IMG/VR virus record: IMGVR_UViG_3300037245_000991
Coordinates: 1 to 53,734 of that record
Reading direction: 5' to 3' (one strand)
Origin: a virus
Taxonomy: Duplodnaviria > Caudoviricetes
Length of the DNA stretch: 53,734 nt
Within the stretch, counting starts at the first letter, position 1; each line of letters begins with the position of its first letter. The notes below the pieces were generated by a model, which saw nothing but the letters and a program-made list of their open reading frames with translations, did not search any database and was not told the DNA's origin. Of this stretch, positions 36,920-46,815 are shown one piece after another. The position numbers were made by a program, and so were the translations under genes.

Positions 36920-37156
36920 ATGAAAATCGAAATATGGGACAAAGATCAGAAGGAAGAGGAGCAGCCATTGAGGTTGCGGTTAGAACGAGAATTTGGTAAT
37001 ATATATCTGAATGCCGTTGATGCTAAGGGGCATCGTATTATTCAAGGTAGACTACTTGTGTTCCGCCCAGATGGTTGTTTTGAAAGGTGCCATCGAGTCA
37101 ACACAACTCTTGGTTTACAACTTGATGATGTGGATAGAGTGGAGGTAATCCAATGA
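36920..37156 (+). CDS. Hypothetical protein
   Basis: AGGAGACAGAGAA leader. Confidence 0.65.
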   Translation: MKIEIWDKDQKEEEQPLRLRLEREFGNIYLNAVDAKGHRIIQGRLLVFRPDGCFERCHRVNTTLGLQLDDVDRVEVIQ

Positions 37157-37593
37157 AAACACTCAAAACACTATCAGCAGTACTGTGCCTCGCCGCGTTC
37201 GCCGTCCTGATGGGGGCGTGTGCGATGCAGGATTATCTCGTGCCGTGTTATATTGACGAGCGAATGGGTGAGTACACCGACGCGAACATGACCAGCCTGA
37301 ACCCCTTCTATACGACCCTCGCTGATGCGCAGCGGTTGGGCAGAAAGTTCAACTTCGTGAGTGTAGAGAAGCGGGAAGCCTTGTTACAAGAGATCGAGAA
37401 GGGTAGTCGATTCGATGCTTTCTTGGCTAAGGGACATGAGTTATACATGATCGACGCCAACGCCCTACGCGAGACAATGTTCGGTGCAAACGGAGTCGTT
37501 AGTGCAACAATGGGTATGTTGGGTCTCGGGGCTGGGTGGATGTTCCTGAAACGTCCTGGTGATCTACGTAAAGAAGATGTTGAGGAAGTGTAA
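37153..37593 (+). CDS. Lipoprotein with C-terminal hydrophobic segment
   Basis: Signal peptide ending LMGA-C; C-terminal GVVSATMGMLGLGAGWMFL-KR. Confidence 0.7.
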   Translation: MKTLKTLSAVLCLAAFAVLMGACAMQDYLVPCYIDERMGEYTDANMTSLNPFYTTLADAQRLGRKFNFVSVEKREALLQEIEKGSRFDAFLAKGHELYMIDANALRETMFGANGVVSATMGMLGLGAGWMFLKRPGDLRKEDVEEV

Positions 37594-37768
37594 AGGAGGT
37601 GAGAAGAGATGAGAACACTTAGAATGTATAAAAGGTCCGTGAAGTTCCTCTGTAGTTCGTGTGGCAACGCACAGACAGCAAAGACAACTTCACGCTGTTG
37701 TCGAGAAGAAAAGTGTTCACGGTGTTTGCAAAAACTGTATGAACTCGGTAAAGCAGCGTACTGGGGTT

Positions 37769-37827
37769 AACCCCACACCATCCCCCACACTCATCGGCCC
37801 CTTCGGGGTCGGTGGGTTGTGGGGTTA
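37769..37827 (+). terminator. Long hairpin with cUUCGg tetraloop near the convergence of the two transcription blocks
   Basis: CTCATCGGCCCC-TTCG-GGGTCGGTGGG with outer AACCCCAC/GTGGGGTT pairing. Confidence 0.55.
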
Positions 37828-37843
37828 GAGAAGGAGAAGAGAG

Positions 37844-38053
37844 ATGAAATCTCTGACAGAATTGCGTGCGTTAATTAAATTAACAGTAATAAATTGTCCT
37901 CTGCCTTGTATCGCCGACTTATTACAGAGTATAAGACCTGGTGATGTGGATGCAGAAACTATGTTTGATTTTATTAAATCACATTATACCAGAAAACAAA
38001 TGCTGATGGGGATAGAGGAATATCAAAAATGCACCTCAGATAATAATCAATAA
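37844..38053 (+). CDS. Hypothetical protein
   Basis: RBS AAGGAG; AT-rich. Confidence 0.5.
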   Translation: MKSLTELRALIKLTVINCPLPCIADLLQSIRPGDVDAETMFDFIKSHYTRKQMLMGIEEYQKCTSDNNQ

Positions 38054-38179
38054 GCGAATAATAAAGGGAGAGAGTAAAAGGTGAAACGTATGTGGGAATC
38101 TTATTACTTTGATATAGATGAGAACACGGATATAGAAAAAATCAAAGAGTTAAACCCAGACACCTGTTTGTTTGACATT

Positions 38180-38353
38180 TTACAAGGTCTCACTGACCCC
38201 ACCCAACCACTCAGCACACCCAGGCAGAGCAAAGAGGAAGACACCGACGACCAAAGCACTTAGGATGCCCATTGTCCAGCGTTGGTGGTAGATAAGTCCT
38301 TCGATCAGAGTCTCTACTCGGGCGAGTCTTTCTTTCACTGTTGGTTCGCTCAT
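38180..38353 (-). CDS. Small membrane protein, XhlA/holin-like (57 aa)
   Basis: Manual translation MSEPTVKERLARVETLIEGL..RWTMGILSALVVGVFLFALPGC..; last gene of the late operon, coupled to 38350..41625. Confidence 0.55.
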   Translation of the reverse strand: MSEPTVKERLARVETLIEGLIYHQRWTMGILSALVVGVFLFALPGCAEWLGGVSETL

Positions 38354-41300
38354 TGGATTCTCCTGAAGTCTTCAATCTGTGAGTTCATCAACAACTGAGC
38401 ACGAGCTTGATCTCGGACCATCTTAGCCACGTCTTCGATCAGCGTAGCCTTCATGTGATCTGGCATCCTGCTCCACAGCGGACGACTCCGCAGTCGAGTC
38501 AAATATTGGGTGAGCCCTTTCTGTATTTCCTTCTGATATGTCTTGTACCGTGCGTCGTTCAGATACCACCCGTTTGACACGTACCGACTCAGGCCAGGGA
38601 TTATCACATCAAGTCGGTCGATGTCATCTCGGATCGGAACTGGGAGTTTCTTTATGATGCCCTTCGTAACCGCGTGCTGTTCCTCCAATCGCCGGGCCAC
38701 CATATCGAAGTTCTCACGCTCACTCCGCCCCTGCCGTTCGAGCAGGGCGATGTCTGGGTTCCTCTCTCTGATATACGACTGCGCGAGTGGTCCGATCTGA
38801 TCCCAACCTATACCATACGCTTCTCGTGATTTCACGTCCTTGATCCGAGATGCCTCTGTGTTCGGTCGAACTGGATAAGTCATAGCTCCGATCCCGTGCA
38901 TGGCTAATGGAGCTACGATCCCGGCTGTCGTCAGGCCCTGATACCGGGCCGCGTCTACGACATCCTGGATGAATAAGGGGGTGAATCGCTCAAACGCTTG
39001 TTTGGTAATGCCCTCGGGCGTAAACTCAAGTTTTTCACCAAGGAAGGTCTCACCTTCAATCAAGTCCATAGTCATGCCAGACGCGGGGGAGAATTTGCTT
39101 TGGATAAAACGACGGATAACCAGACCACGATCAGTGGGCATGATCCGGCCTGTTGCTGTGCCCTTGGCTTCTGCTGTAATCAATCGGGCTGTCAACCGTG
39201 CGATCTGGGAATATCCACCCCAGAAGTCGATCCTCGTGTTGCCAAACCTGATCTTGCCGAAGTCCGAAGATCGAGGATCATCCTCGACATCGACACCCTT
39301 CATCAGACTGAGGAGTCCGAGGATGCCCGCACCACCGACGAAAAAGAACATGAGGTCTTGTGCGATGATCTTGCGAGTCGGGGAGAACTTCCCAGCTTTG
39401 ATGTCGCCAGTGGCCCCCTTGAACAGATCACCGAGAGCTTGGATGCGGCCCATCGTCAACCGAGGAGCGAAGAACAGGGCGTTCAGGGCAGGCATGAACT
39501 CTTCCAACCCTTTGACTGATCCTCGGCCTGTAGTGTGGTTGATGAACTTGGCCAGTAGCACGTAATCAGCATGGGTCTTGCCTGTACCCTGCCATTGCTC
39601 TGCGAATTTGACAAAGGTGTAGAATCGGAGGGCATTGAGCGTGGTCACATAGGCCCGCTCTGATGCCGGAATACCAGGGATTCGATGGGCAAGTTCAGAG
39701 ATGAAGACCTCTTCACCCTTGATAACGCTGCCCATCTCTGACAGGAATCCACCTACCTTTTTGAAAGTGGGGTACATCGGATGTGATTTGATCTGCAACT
39801 CATTATAGCTTGCATACTCAGGTGATGTCCATGCTCGATAACCAGCAGCTACTGCCTTAAACCATATTTTAGGAGCGATGGGTAGGAGCATCAAGCCCTG
39901 TCGGCCAGCGGCAGACATATCGAACGACGCCAATACGGCGCGAGGAAGGTTGGCAGCGTCGATAATTCTCTTAGATAGAGTATGAGACTCAGCCCGGAGA
40001 TCGTGCAGGGCCTTGGCGAACTCAGGTCCGAACACCTGTTCGAGCGCAGCGATCTGGTTGGGTTCCGGGAGCTTGATGTTGCCTTCAGCATCGGGGACGA
40101 ACAAGGCGTTGAGTCCTTCGTCGGCGTTCAGGGTCTCAAACGTATCGAGCCGAGCGGTCAGAACACGTTGTTTATAATAGGAAATTTGATTTTCATCGAA
40201 TTTCATCTGATTGAACCGTAGGCCGAGTTCCCCAGCTAGATGTGATCTGGCGGCGGCTGCTCGAATACTGGGGTGAATGTTCTCGTCAGCCATTGTTTTT
40301 TCCGCTGCTGCGATACGCTTGCCCTTCTCTTTCTTGATTTGGGCTTGGTGTTCCTCTCGGAATGAGGTGTCGATGTTCTTGACTGACTGGATCAGATGAG
40401 TGTCCCATTGTCGATTGAGAGCAGGGATTTCACCTTCAGGGGTTTTGGGGACTTCTAGTTCCGTTACGCCCTCAGTAGGCTCCCCAAACCGTAGGTCTAC
40501 TCGCAACTCCTCAAGTTGAGCCTTATGCAGTTCTTTTTGTTTGATTGTTAGATCGTCATACCCATCTATGGCGGCAATGGCCTTGTCAATCTCCTTATTA
40601 CTCGGACGTCCGATCTCGGGAGAAGCCCCGACCAAAGCACCACCCGCACCGAGAACACCACCGGCCAAAGCCCCGGCAGCAGCGGAGGCCCCAACCCGAT
40701 TGAGTATCTGGGACCAGTCCACCATACCGTTCGGCTTGCGGGGAACTTGTCCGCGTAGAGCAGCAGGAACACCGATAGACACACCCTCTTGGAAGGCTTC
40801 TTCTAACCCCTCTTCGATGGCGTGCTTGAGAACCTGACCGCCGAATTGTTTCGCATCTCCACCAACTAAGTCCCAGGCCCGGCCACGGACATTGCGGATG
40901 AAGGATCGGAGTGATCCAGCCCCGGTCTTGTGGAACTTCATAATAGACGAAATCTGTGCCGCCTCGATAGCTGCGTTAATCGTACCAACGATCAGGCGTT
41001 CAGCGTTGGCCTCATCCTCGGATGCACCTGTGGCGATGGCCTCGTCATAGGCGTTCTGGCCCTCGACGGCGAACCCTATTGATGCGGCTCCAGCCAGGCC
41101 ACCAGCGAACGCACCCTTGGCGATCCCGGCTCCAGCAGCCGCAGCGGCAGCACCAGTCAGCCCAGCAGTGCCTGCTCCAGCCGCAGCCCCACCTACAGCG
41201 GCTCCGGCGTATCCGCCAACCAGAGCGGCTCCCATGTATGGGAACGCCTCACCGAGTATCCGGCCAGCCCAACCAGCCCAGTTGCCATACTCCTGGGAGT

Positions 41301-41625
41301 AGTCAGCCTTGGCTGATTCGATCTTTCGTTTGGCTTCAATCAGGGATTCTTGTTTCCCAGGGATCAGGTACTCAGCCGTGCCAACGAGTCCGCCGCCCAC
41401 GTTGAAGAACCCCCGGACGAGACCTCGACCGAGTTCACCACCAAATGATTCGATGACTCCGCCTTCTTGGCTGATCCCGAGGGAAGCGTCTTGAGCAGAG
41501 GTAAACGTATTAGATGGTGTTATACCGAGGGCTGCGTCTTCATCGGATATGAAGCCGCCGCTGATAGGTGTTGTCGTGAGTCCACCAATGGGGGTGATGC
41601 CAAGTTCTTCGTCTGTTAATGCCAT
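38350..41625 (-). CDS. Large internal virion/DNA ejection protein
   Basis: 1091 aa, helical, Gly/Ala hydrophobic segments, DPRSSDFGK motif; terminal position in the tail operon. Confidence 0.7.
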   Translation of the reverse strand: MALTDEELGITPIGGLTTTPISGGFISDEDAALGITPSNTFTSAQDASLGISQEGGVIESFGGELGRGLVRGFFNVGGGLVGTAEYLIPGKQESLIEAKRKIESAKADYSQEYGNWAGWAGRILGEAFPYMGAALVGGYAGAAVGGAAAGAGTAGLTGAAAAAAGAGIAKGAFAGGLAGAASIGFAVEGQNAYDEAIATGASEDEANAERLIVGTINAAIEAAQISSIMKFHKTGAGSLRSFIRNVRGRAWDLVGGDAKQFGGQVLKHAIEEGLEEAFQEGVSIGVPAALRGQVPRKPNGMVDWSQILNRVGASAAAGALAGGVLGAGGALVGASPEIGRPSNKEIDKAIAAIDGYDDLTIKQKELHKAQLEELRVDLRFGEPTEGVTELEVPKTPEGEIPALNRQWDTHLIQSVKNIDTSFREEHQAQIKKEKGKRIAAAEKTMADENIHPSIRAAAARSHLAGELGLRFNQMKFDENQISYYKQRVLTARLDTFETLNADEGLNALFVPDAEGNIKLPEPNQIAALEQVFGPEFAKALHDLRAESHTLSKRIIDAANLPRAVLASFDMSAAGRQGLMLLPIAPKIWFKAVAAGYRAWTSPEYASYNELQIKSHPMYPTFKKVGGFLSEMGSVIKGEEVFISELAHRIPGIPASERAYVTTLNALRFYTFVKFAEQWQGTGKTHADYVLLAKFINHTTGRGSVKGLEEFMPALNALFFAPRLTMGRIQALGDLFKGATGDIKAGKFSPTRKIIAQDLMFFFVGGAGILGLLSLMKGVDVEDDPRSSDFGKIRFGNTRIDFWGGYSQIARLTARLITAEAKGTATGRIMPTDRGLVIRRFIQSKFSPASGMTMDLIEGETFLGEKLEFTPEGITKQAFERFTPLFIQDVVDAARYQGLTTAGIVAPLAMHGIGAMTYPVRPNTEASRIKDVKSREAYGIGWDQIGPLAQSYIRERNPDIALLERQGRSERENFDMVARRLEEQHAVTKGIIKKLPVPIRDDIDRLDVIIPGLSRYVSNGWYLNDARYKTYQKEIQKGLTQYLTRLRSRPLWSRMPDHMKATLIEDVAKMVRDQARAQLLMNSQIEDFRRIQ

Positions 41626-41637
41626 TCTCTGTCTCTC

Positions 41638-42465
41638 TTAGAACGTAAATGAACCCCGTTGGGGTTTGGCTGTTTCCTGTCGAACGATGTCGGGGAATTG
41701 TTTTTTCAACAACCCATCAGAGACACCTGACACACTCGGGAACGTAAATCGCCCCGTGTCTACAGCGTCTTTGGCTCGACCGATGGGTATCTCGACCAAT
41801 TCACCAGTGTCTTTCCGGCGTAGATATGTCTTACCTACAGCGGCTATCGCTTCCATGTGTTTGACAGTTAGTTCTCCAGTCGGAGGGGGTGGTCCTACAC
41901 CTGTGCCAAGACCAGTCGTACCACCACTGGCGTCGGCCTCACGCTGGCGCATCATCTGATCTAGTAATCGTTTCTGAGGATCAAGGGGTCTACTCGGGTT
42001 CTTAACACCATATCGTTGTTGTTCAAGATTGAATAACATACTCTCATACTCGAACTCCCGGCCAGTGAACATCCCGTCTTCCTGAGCTTTTTTAACTGCT
42101 GTGATCTTAGCATCAACCTGACCTATCTCCCTGATCCGCTCTTTCTCTTCCTGCTCAAAGTCTATGCGGGAACGGAGTTCCATCTTTTCGATGTCCCACT
42201 CTTTAGCCCGGTTGAACCGATCAAGGCTATATTGCGTGGTGCGGAGTTCCTGCTCGAACTCCTGTTGGGATCGCAATTGCATCTTCTGCAAGTCCCAGGC
42301 CATAGCTGTTTGCCGAGCTTTGCGTTGGGCAGCTTCCTGATCCGCACGAACCTGTTCACGTTCGACTCGGGCGCGGTCTTCCTTCTCTCGTGCGGCTGTG
42401 CCTACAACGACTCCAGTTGTGGCTGCTGCTTTGACTGCTCCGGGTTGTTGTTTTGTGATACCCAT
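41638..42465 (-). CDS. Internal virion/ejection protein (coiled-coil)
   Basis: E/Q/R-rich coiled coil directly upstream of the large ejection protein. Confidence 0.55.
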   Translation of the reverse strand: MGITKQQPGAVKAAATTGVVVGTAAREKEDRARVEREQVRADQEAAQRKARQTAMAWDLQKMQLRSQQEFEQELRTTQYSLDRFNRAKEWDIEKMELRSRIDFEQEEKERIREIGQVDAKITAVKKAQEDGMFTGREFEYESMLFNLEQQRYGVKNPSRPLDPQKRLLDQMMRQREADASGGTTGLGTGVGPPPPTGELTVKHMEAIAAVGKTYLRRKDTGELVEIPIGRAKDAVDTGRFTFPSVSGVSDGLLKKQFPDIVRQETAKPQRGSFTF

Positions 42466-42473
42466 TCTGGCTC

Positions 42474-44744
42474 CTATGCGTAAAAGTCTGGCGTCCTGGA
42501 TTTGGTTCCGAAAACACCTGTTGTTTGATAATGGATGTCAACGTAGTGGATAAAAGGAATTGATGGCGTCCCAGTTAAATTAGTAGCATCCATCTCAAGC
42601 GTCAATTCAATCACCCCATCAGGCTCAAAATCATCTCGATCAAACAAAGCTCCTGTTGCTGTTGCCGCAGATATAGTGACTTCTGTAAGATGTTGTTGAT
42701 ACTGGGCTAATCCAGAGTTTCCGTCATTGATGTCAATGCTCGAAAACAAAGCTGTAATTGGAACAGCAGTAAAAGTTCCACCAGATACTCGGTTGTGTCC
42801 TTTGGCATAGATAGCTGTATATCTAAAATCAACAGTTCCACCAGTTGCCCCCGCGTTATTTTGACTCCAATGAACATGAAGGTGGATGTCTGTCCCCGCA
42901 ACATAATCATGTGGAATATGATATGTAATAAAGGCTTCATCACCATTTCCAAACAACCAAGCGTTGACCACTCCGTTGTATGCAGTCAACGTGGGACGGG
43001 TTCCACCTGTGTTCTTACTGAATTGGTCCCCTATTATATCAGCAAACCCAAACGTCGGAGCAGCGAGATCAACTTTAATACCAACCCCTGATGTTTTGTT
43101 AATCACCCAGTCGGCTGTACTCATTAATGCCAGAGTATCAACAACTCCTGATCCGGTATTGACTCCGAGGACCAACTTGGCGAGTTGATCGTTGACTCCG
43201 GCCCCATCATGGGACATGGTAATCGTGCCAGTCTCAGTTTCTGTCCCTGCTCCGTCTTCTCGCTTACCTCTGAGTTTCCATGCTCCGCTATCATCGTCGT
43301 TGCTGCGTGTACTGACGTGGCCTGTTATTGTTGGGGCAGCACCAGTAATTTCTACCAGGGTTTCCGGGTCTTTTTCGTGAATCCCGACATTCAAATCCCC
43401 AGCAAACCTCATTACCTCTGTATTGCTTGCACCAAATATAAGAGGCATACCAGCAGCCGTATTTACGAGTATCCCCACAAGGGAATTGAACTCAAAGAGC
43501 GCCATATTGGCCTTGGAAATTCCAAATATCGTGCCCGCATGATTAGAGCCGAACATACTAAGACATAAGGTTCTATTAGCATTGTTTGTTATTTCTACTC
43601 CTGAACTGCCAGTACTGCTATTCGTTTTTACACGCAAACGGAATGTAGTACCAAACATCTCAAAATCAGTAACTGGGCTATTTGTGCCGAAACCAATCCG
43701 TTTATTCGTTGTATCAATATTCAGAAGGGGAGTGCCACCTCCTGATGCCAACCACTGATAAGCAGTAGTAGAATCCACCGTAGGTTGAAAGACAACATCC
43801 CCCGTACTCTGAATCGTCCCGGCAGGCCACTTCTGAACAGCAGTTGTATATGTCGCCCCCGTGAAATCTATCCCATAATCAAAAGCCTTGTTTCCAGCAG
43901 AGAGATTAGTTCCCTTAAAATAAATCCCGGCGTCATAAGCCTGACCGTTCCCACCGACAGCTTCATTCTCAATGTAGAGTGCGTACCCAGTCCCGAACGA
44001 TCCATCATCAGCAGCATTACGAGAGTGACCCCTAAGATGTAGAGTTTTGAGATTGGTGACAGTATCCTTCGCTCCCCACTCGGTTCCGATTAGACCACCC
44101 CGCATCGTGGTAATAGTAGAAGCGTTGGAAGTTGATTTGCCTATGGCTTCCGCCATGAAGCCCATCAGGACACCAGCATCAACACCGTCGTTGTTCGCCG
44201 CCTGGAAAAGCCCTCCGAGAGCGGTCGCTGTAGTGTCAGTGGTGACTAACTGTGCCCGAGATCGGATGCCTGTCACATCGTAATCGTTGCCGGAGTAATG
44301 GAACTCCAAACCATACTTCCTTGTGTTGGTGACATCAATGGGTGAAGCCTGTGAGCCTCCGTCGAGTTTACCTGTCCAGGTAGTCCCCACCCATGTAGGC
44401 GATGAAGTTGTGTTGATGTCTTGGACTGTACCGACAGTAACCGAACCAGCACCGTTAGTTATTGTTGTCTGGTCGGCAGTAGCTGTGAGTGTAGCCAACA
44501 CAGGAGCCGCCCCTGTGGAGCCAATAGGTATCTTACCGTTCGCAGCTACGCCCAACGAAGTCAACAACCCAGACACAGGATAGATCAGAGAGTTATCGGT
44601 CAACCCTGAAATCGTCAGTGTTGTGGTGGTGACACCGAGGAACGTCGGTGTCGAGGTCGGCCCGAGTTTAGACGATCCAAGCCGGGCTATCGCCTGTCGT
44701 ACACTAATCCAATCCTTATCTTTGGTGTTAGAAGTTAGTCCCAT
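42474..44744 (-). CDS. Tail fibre/spike protein
   Basis: G/T/S-rich; SPTW, RIGFGTNSP and NVGI repeats; beta-helix-like middle; C-terminal IPHDY...HVHW domain. Confidence 0.75.
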   Translation of the reverse strand: MGLTSNTKDKDWISVRQAIARLGSSKLGPTSTPTFLGVTTTTLTISGLTDNSLIYPVSGLLTSLGVAANGKIPIGSTGAAPVLATLTATADQTTITNGAGSVTVGTVQDINTTSSPTWVGTTWTGKLDGGSQASPIDVTNTRKYGLEFHYSGNDYDVTGIRSRAQLVTTDTTATALGGLFQAANNDGVDAGVLMGFMAEAIGKSTSNASTITTMRGGLIGTEWGAKDTVTNLKTLHLRGHSRNAADDGSFGTGYALYIENEAVGGNGQAYDAGIYFKGTNLSAGNKAFDYGIDFTGATYTTAVQKWPAGTIQSTGDVVFQPTVDSTTAYQWLASGGGTPLLNIDTTNKRIGFGTNSPVTDFEMFGTTFRLRVKTNSSTGSSGVEITNNANRTLCLSMFGSNHAGTIFGISKANMALFEFNSLVGILVNTAAGMPLIFGASNTEVMRFAGDLNVGIHEKDPETLVEITGAAPTITGHVSTRSNDDDSGAWKLRGKREDGAGTETETGTITMSHDGAGVNDQLAKLVLGVNTGSGVVDTLALMSTADWVINKTSGVGIKVDLAAPTFGFADIIGDQFSKNTGGTRPTLTAYNGVVNAWLFGNGDEAFITYHIPHDYVAGTDIHLHVHWSQNNAGATGGTVDFRYTAIYAKGHNRVSGGTFTAVPITALFSSIDINDGNSGLAQYQQHLTEVTISAATATGALFDRDDFEPDGVIELTLEMDATNLTGTPSIPFIHYVDIHYQTTGVFGTKSRTPDFYA

Positions 44745-45268
44745 TATCGACTTGCCTGTGCAGCCATCGCCTGTATCAATTGATTATAATCAGGGTACGG
44801 GTCTTCGATTCGTTCCACGAATCCAGCCTTGCCTAACTTGAGTTCAGATGTCCTCTGTTGAATGATGTCTTCAAGTTTCAACCGGGACAGTGCAGCCTGG
44901 TTCTCGGCCTGAACTGGGATACTGGCAGCAGTGGTCGTACCATATAGTCCAGACGAGACTAACTGCTGTGTGCCAGCCCCGACCGCTCGGGTTTTGGATT
45001 GTTCGATGTCAGCGAGGCCAGCAGTTCGGAATGCTCCCTGGCCCTGACCGATCAGTTGGTCGTAGATTCCTCTGATCTCGGTCTCGCGTTTGACGTTGGC
45101 TTTCAATGCACCCGCTTCTCTTTTCTGAGTGTCCGCGTAGAGGGATGCGTAGTTGATACCGCCACCAGAAGTGGTTCTGGCTGGACCTCGACCAGGCATA
45201 TATCCAAACAATGCTTTTTTGTTTATTACTCCAAAACTACCGCCGCCGAATGCAGTTCCTAATGCCAT
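44744..45268 (-). CDS. Small ejection/DNA transfer protein (putative)
   Basis: Start reassigned to MALGTAFGG (TAATG coupling); QQLVSSGLYGTT motif; follows the nozzle gene. Confidence 0.55.
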   Translation of the reverse strand: MALGTAFGGGSFGVINKKALFGYMPGRGPARTTSGGGINYASLYADTQKREAGALKANVKRETEIRGIYDQLIGQGQGAFRTAGLADIEQSKTRAVGAGTQQLVSSGLYGTTTAASIPVQAENQAALSRLKLEDIIQQRTSELKLGKAGFVERIEDPYPDYNQLIQAMAAQASR

Positions 45269-46815
45269 TATCGAACCCTTCCCGATTTCTGAGTGCCATA
45301 GAGCACTCGATTGATTGACCACGTTTCAGAGGCCGTGGAGTTATAGAGTTTCAGCCCCCAATATGCCCCCTTCATTCTTGGTTTTATTTTGCTCTTTCGT
45401 CCTGGACCCGACAGGGTATCAGAAGAAAAGGCAGTGTCTCCATCCACGATGGCTTCGAGAACAGTCTCCGCATCATCGCCTTTGTGGAGTTCGTATGTCA
45501 CTCCGTCGGTATCTCCAGCGTCTCCGCCAGAAGCTCCACCCGCCAGATCGAACACCAGTTCGGTCAGCTTACCGTTCTGATCGGCGATCTCGGACAGTAT
45601 ACCGTCTCGGCCTATACGTGCGGCCAACGGTGTGATTGGATACGTCACATAAGACGAGATCGCTTGATCTGATCCGCCGATGTCGTCGTCCTTGGCCGTC
45701 GTAAGGAACTTCCTGATGTATCCGTCCTTACACCCGACAAGGAGATCAGCAAAAGTAGTGTCGTTCGCGTCGTAGTAGAAAATCGAGTATGGCCCACACT
45801 CGTTGGGATAGGATTCGGGATAGAACCCCTTGGTCTTGAAACTGTAGAAGTAGTTCGAGTTCACTCCTGTTGCCAATACGGTGATGCACACCACGATTCC
45901 GTGCCGTTTCTTGTCATACCCCATTGTGATCCGGTGGGTTGTAGGATCAGCGGCTTCGTCGTCGATGATGTCTGGGAGGACCATCTCGGTCAAGTTCCTG
46001 ATCCCAGAGAAATCTGACTTGAGTTCATATAGACCACCCGACCCCCAGAAGTATAGATTACGGGAGTCATCGAAGCACCATGAGTTTGCTCCGAACATCC
46101 CGGTCGTATCACTGAGGTTGTCGAGTGAACCACCAGCCACCGGGTCGCCCCGGAGAACCCAGAGTGTCGAGGCGCAACCGAAGATCAGGTAATCGTCGTG
46201 GAAGGAGATCAGGGAGCGAACGATGTCTGGACACTGCCCGGCGTCGGCGTTGTTGCCTGCGACGGCAGACATAGGATCGTCTGCTCCATAGAGCCAATTG
46301 AATGGATCAGCGAGTTTCGACATGAACCATTGATTCGGATACTGTGGGTTGCCAGATAGAACCAAGCGACCTCGGTAGACTGTGATGAGGTATGCCTTCT
46401 CGGGCATCGCCCCAGATGTGCCACCAGGGTACACAGTCCAGTCGTACCAATGTGGCTGACTGGCCACAGCAGAGGGAACTCGTGTCGCGGGGTCCATGCC
46501 GCCACCTGACAGAGTGTATCCGCCAGTGGTAACGAACGTACCTGACGTGGTGTACCCATATATCTCGGTCTTGGCTGTATTCACGAAGTCCACGATCATG
46601 GTAGCTGTGGATGTAGCCTGAGTTACGATGGACCCCCGTGTGGGGGCAGTATCCAAGGTCGTGATCGTGAGTTTGGTGTTGATGAAGTCTGCCACCTTGA
46701 GGTTAGCCCCGTTGGCTATGAACACCTTCTGGAAGGCGGAGGCCATTGTGAGTTGGTCTGATGTGTCTATGTCATCTATGCTGTCTGTCAACACTACTTG
46801 AGTACCTGCTGCCAT
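45268..46815 (-). CDS. Tail nozzle/tubular protein B-like beta-propeller (main part)
   Basis: YRGRLVLSG...WFMS, DYLIFG...LWVLRGDP and LYFW repeats typical of P22 gp10/T7 gp12-like proteins; start at MAAGT by TAATG coupling. Confidence 0.75.
   Translation of the reverse strand: MAAGTQVVLTDSIDDIDTSDQLTMASAFQKVFIANGANLKVADFINTKLTITTLDTAPTRGSIVTQATSTATMIVDFVNTAKTEIYGYTTSGTFVTTGGYTLSGGGMDPATRVPSAVASQPHWYDWTVYPGGTSGAMPEKAYLITVYRGRLVLSGNPQYPNQWFMSKLADPFNWLYGADDPMSAVAGNNADAGQCPDIVRSLISFHDDYLIFGCASTLWVLRGDPVAGGSLDNLSDTTGMFGANSWCFDDSRNLYFWGSGGLYELKSDFSGIRNLTEMVLPDIIDDEAADPTTHRITMGYDKKRHGIVVCITVLATGVNSNYFYSFKTKGFYPESYPNECGPYSIFYYDANDTTFADLLVGCKDGYIRKFLTTAKDDDIGGSDQAISSYVTYPITPLAARIGRDGILSEIADQNGKLTELVFDLAGGASGGDAGDTDGVTYELHKGDDAETVLEAIVDGDTAFSSDTLSGPGRKSKIKPRMKGAYWGLKLYNSTASETWSINRVLYGTQKSGRVR

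Noticed and set aside
38081-38263. Plus-strand 60-aa ORF
   Set aside because: It overlaps the better-supported, translationally coupled minus-strand membrane ORF 38180..38353.
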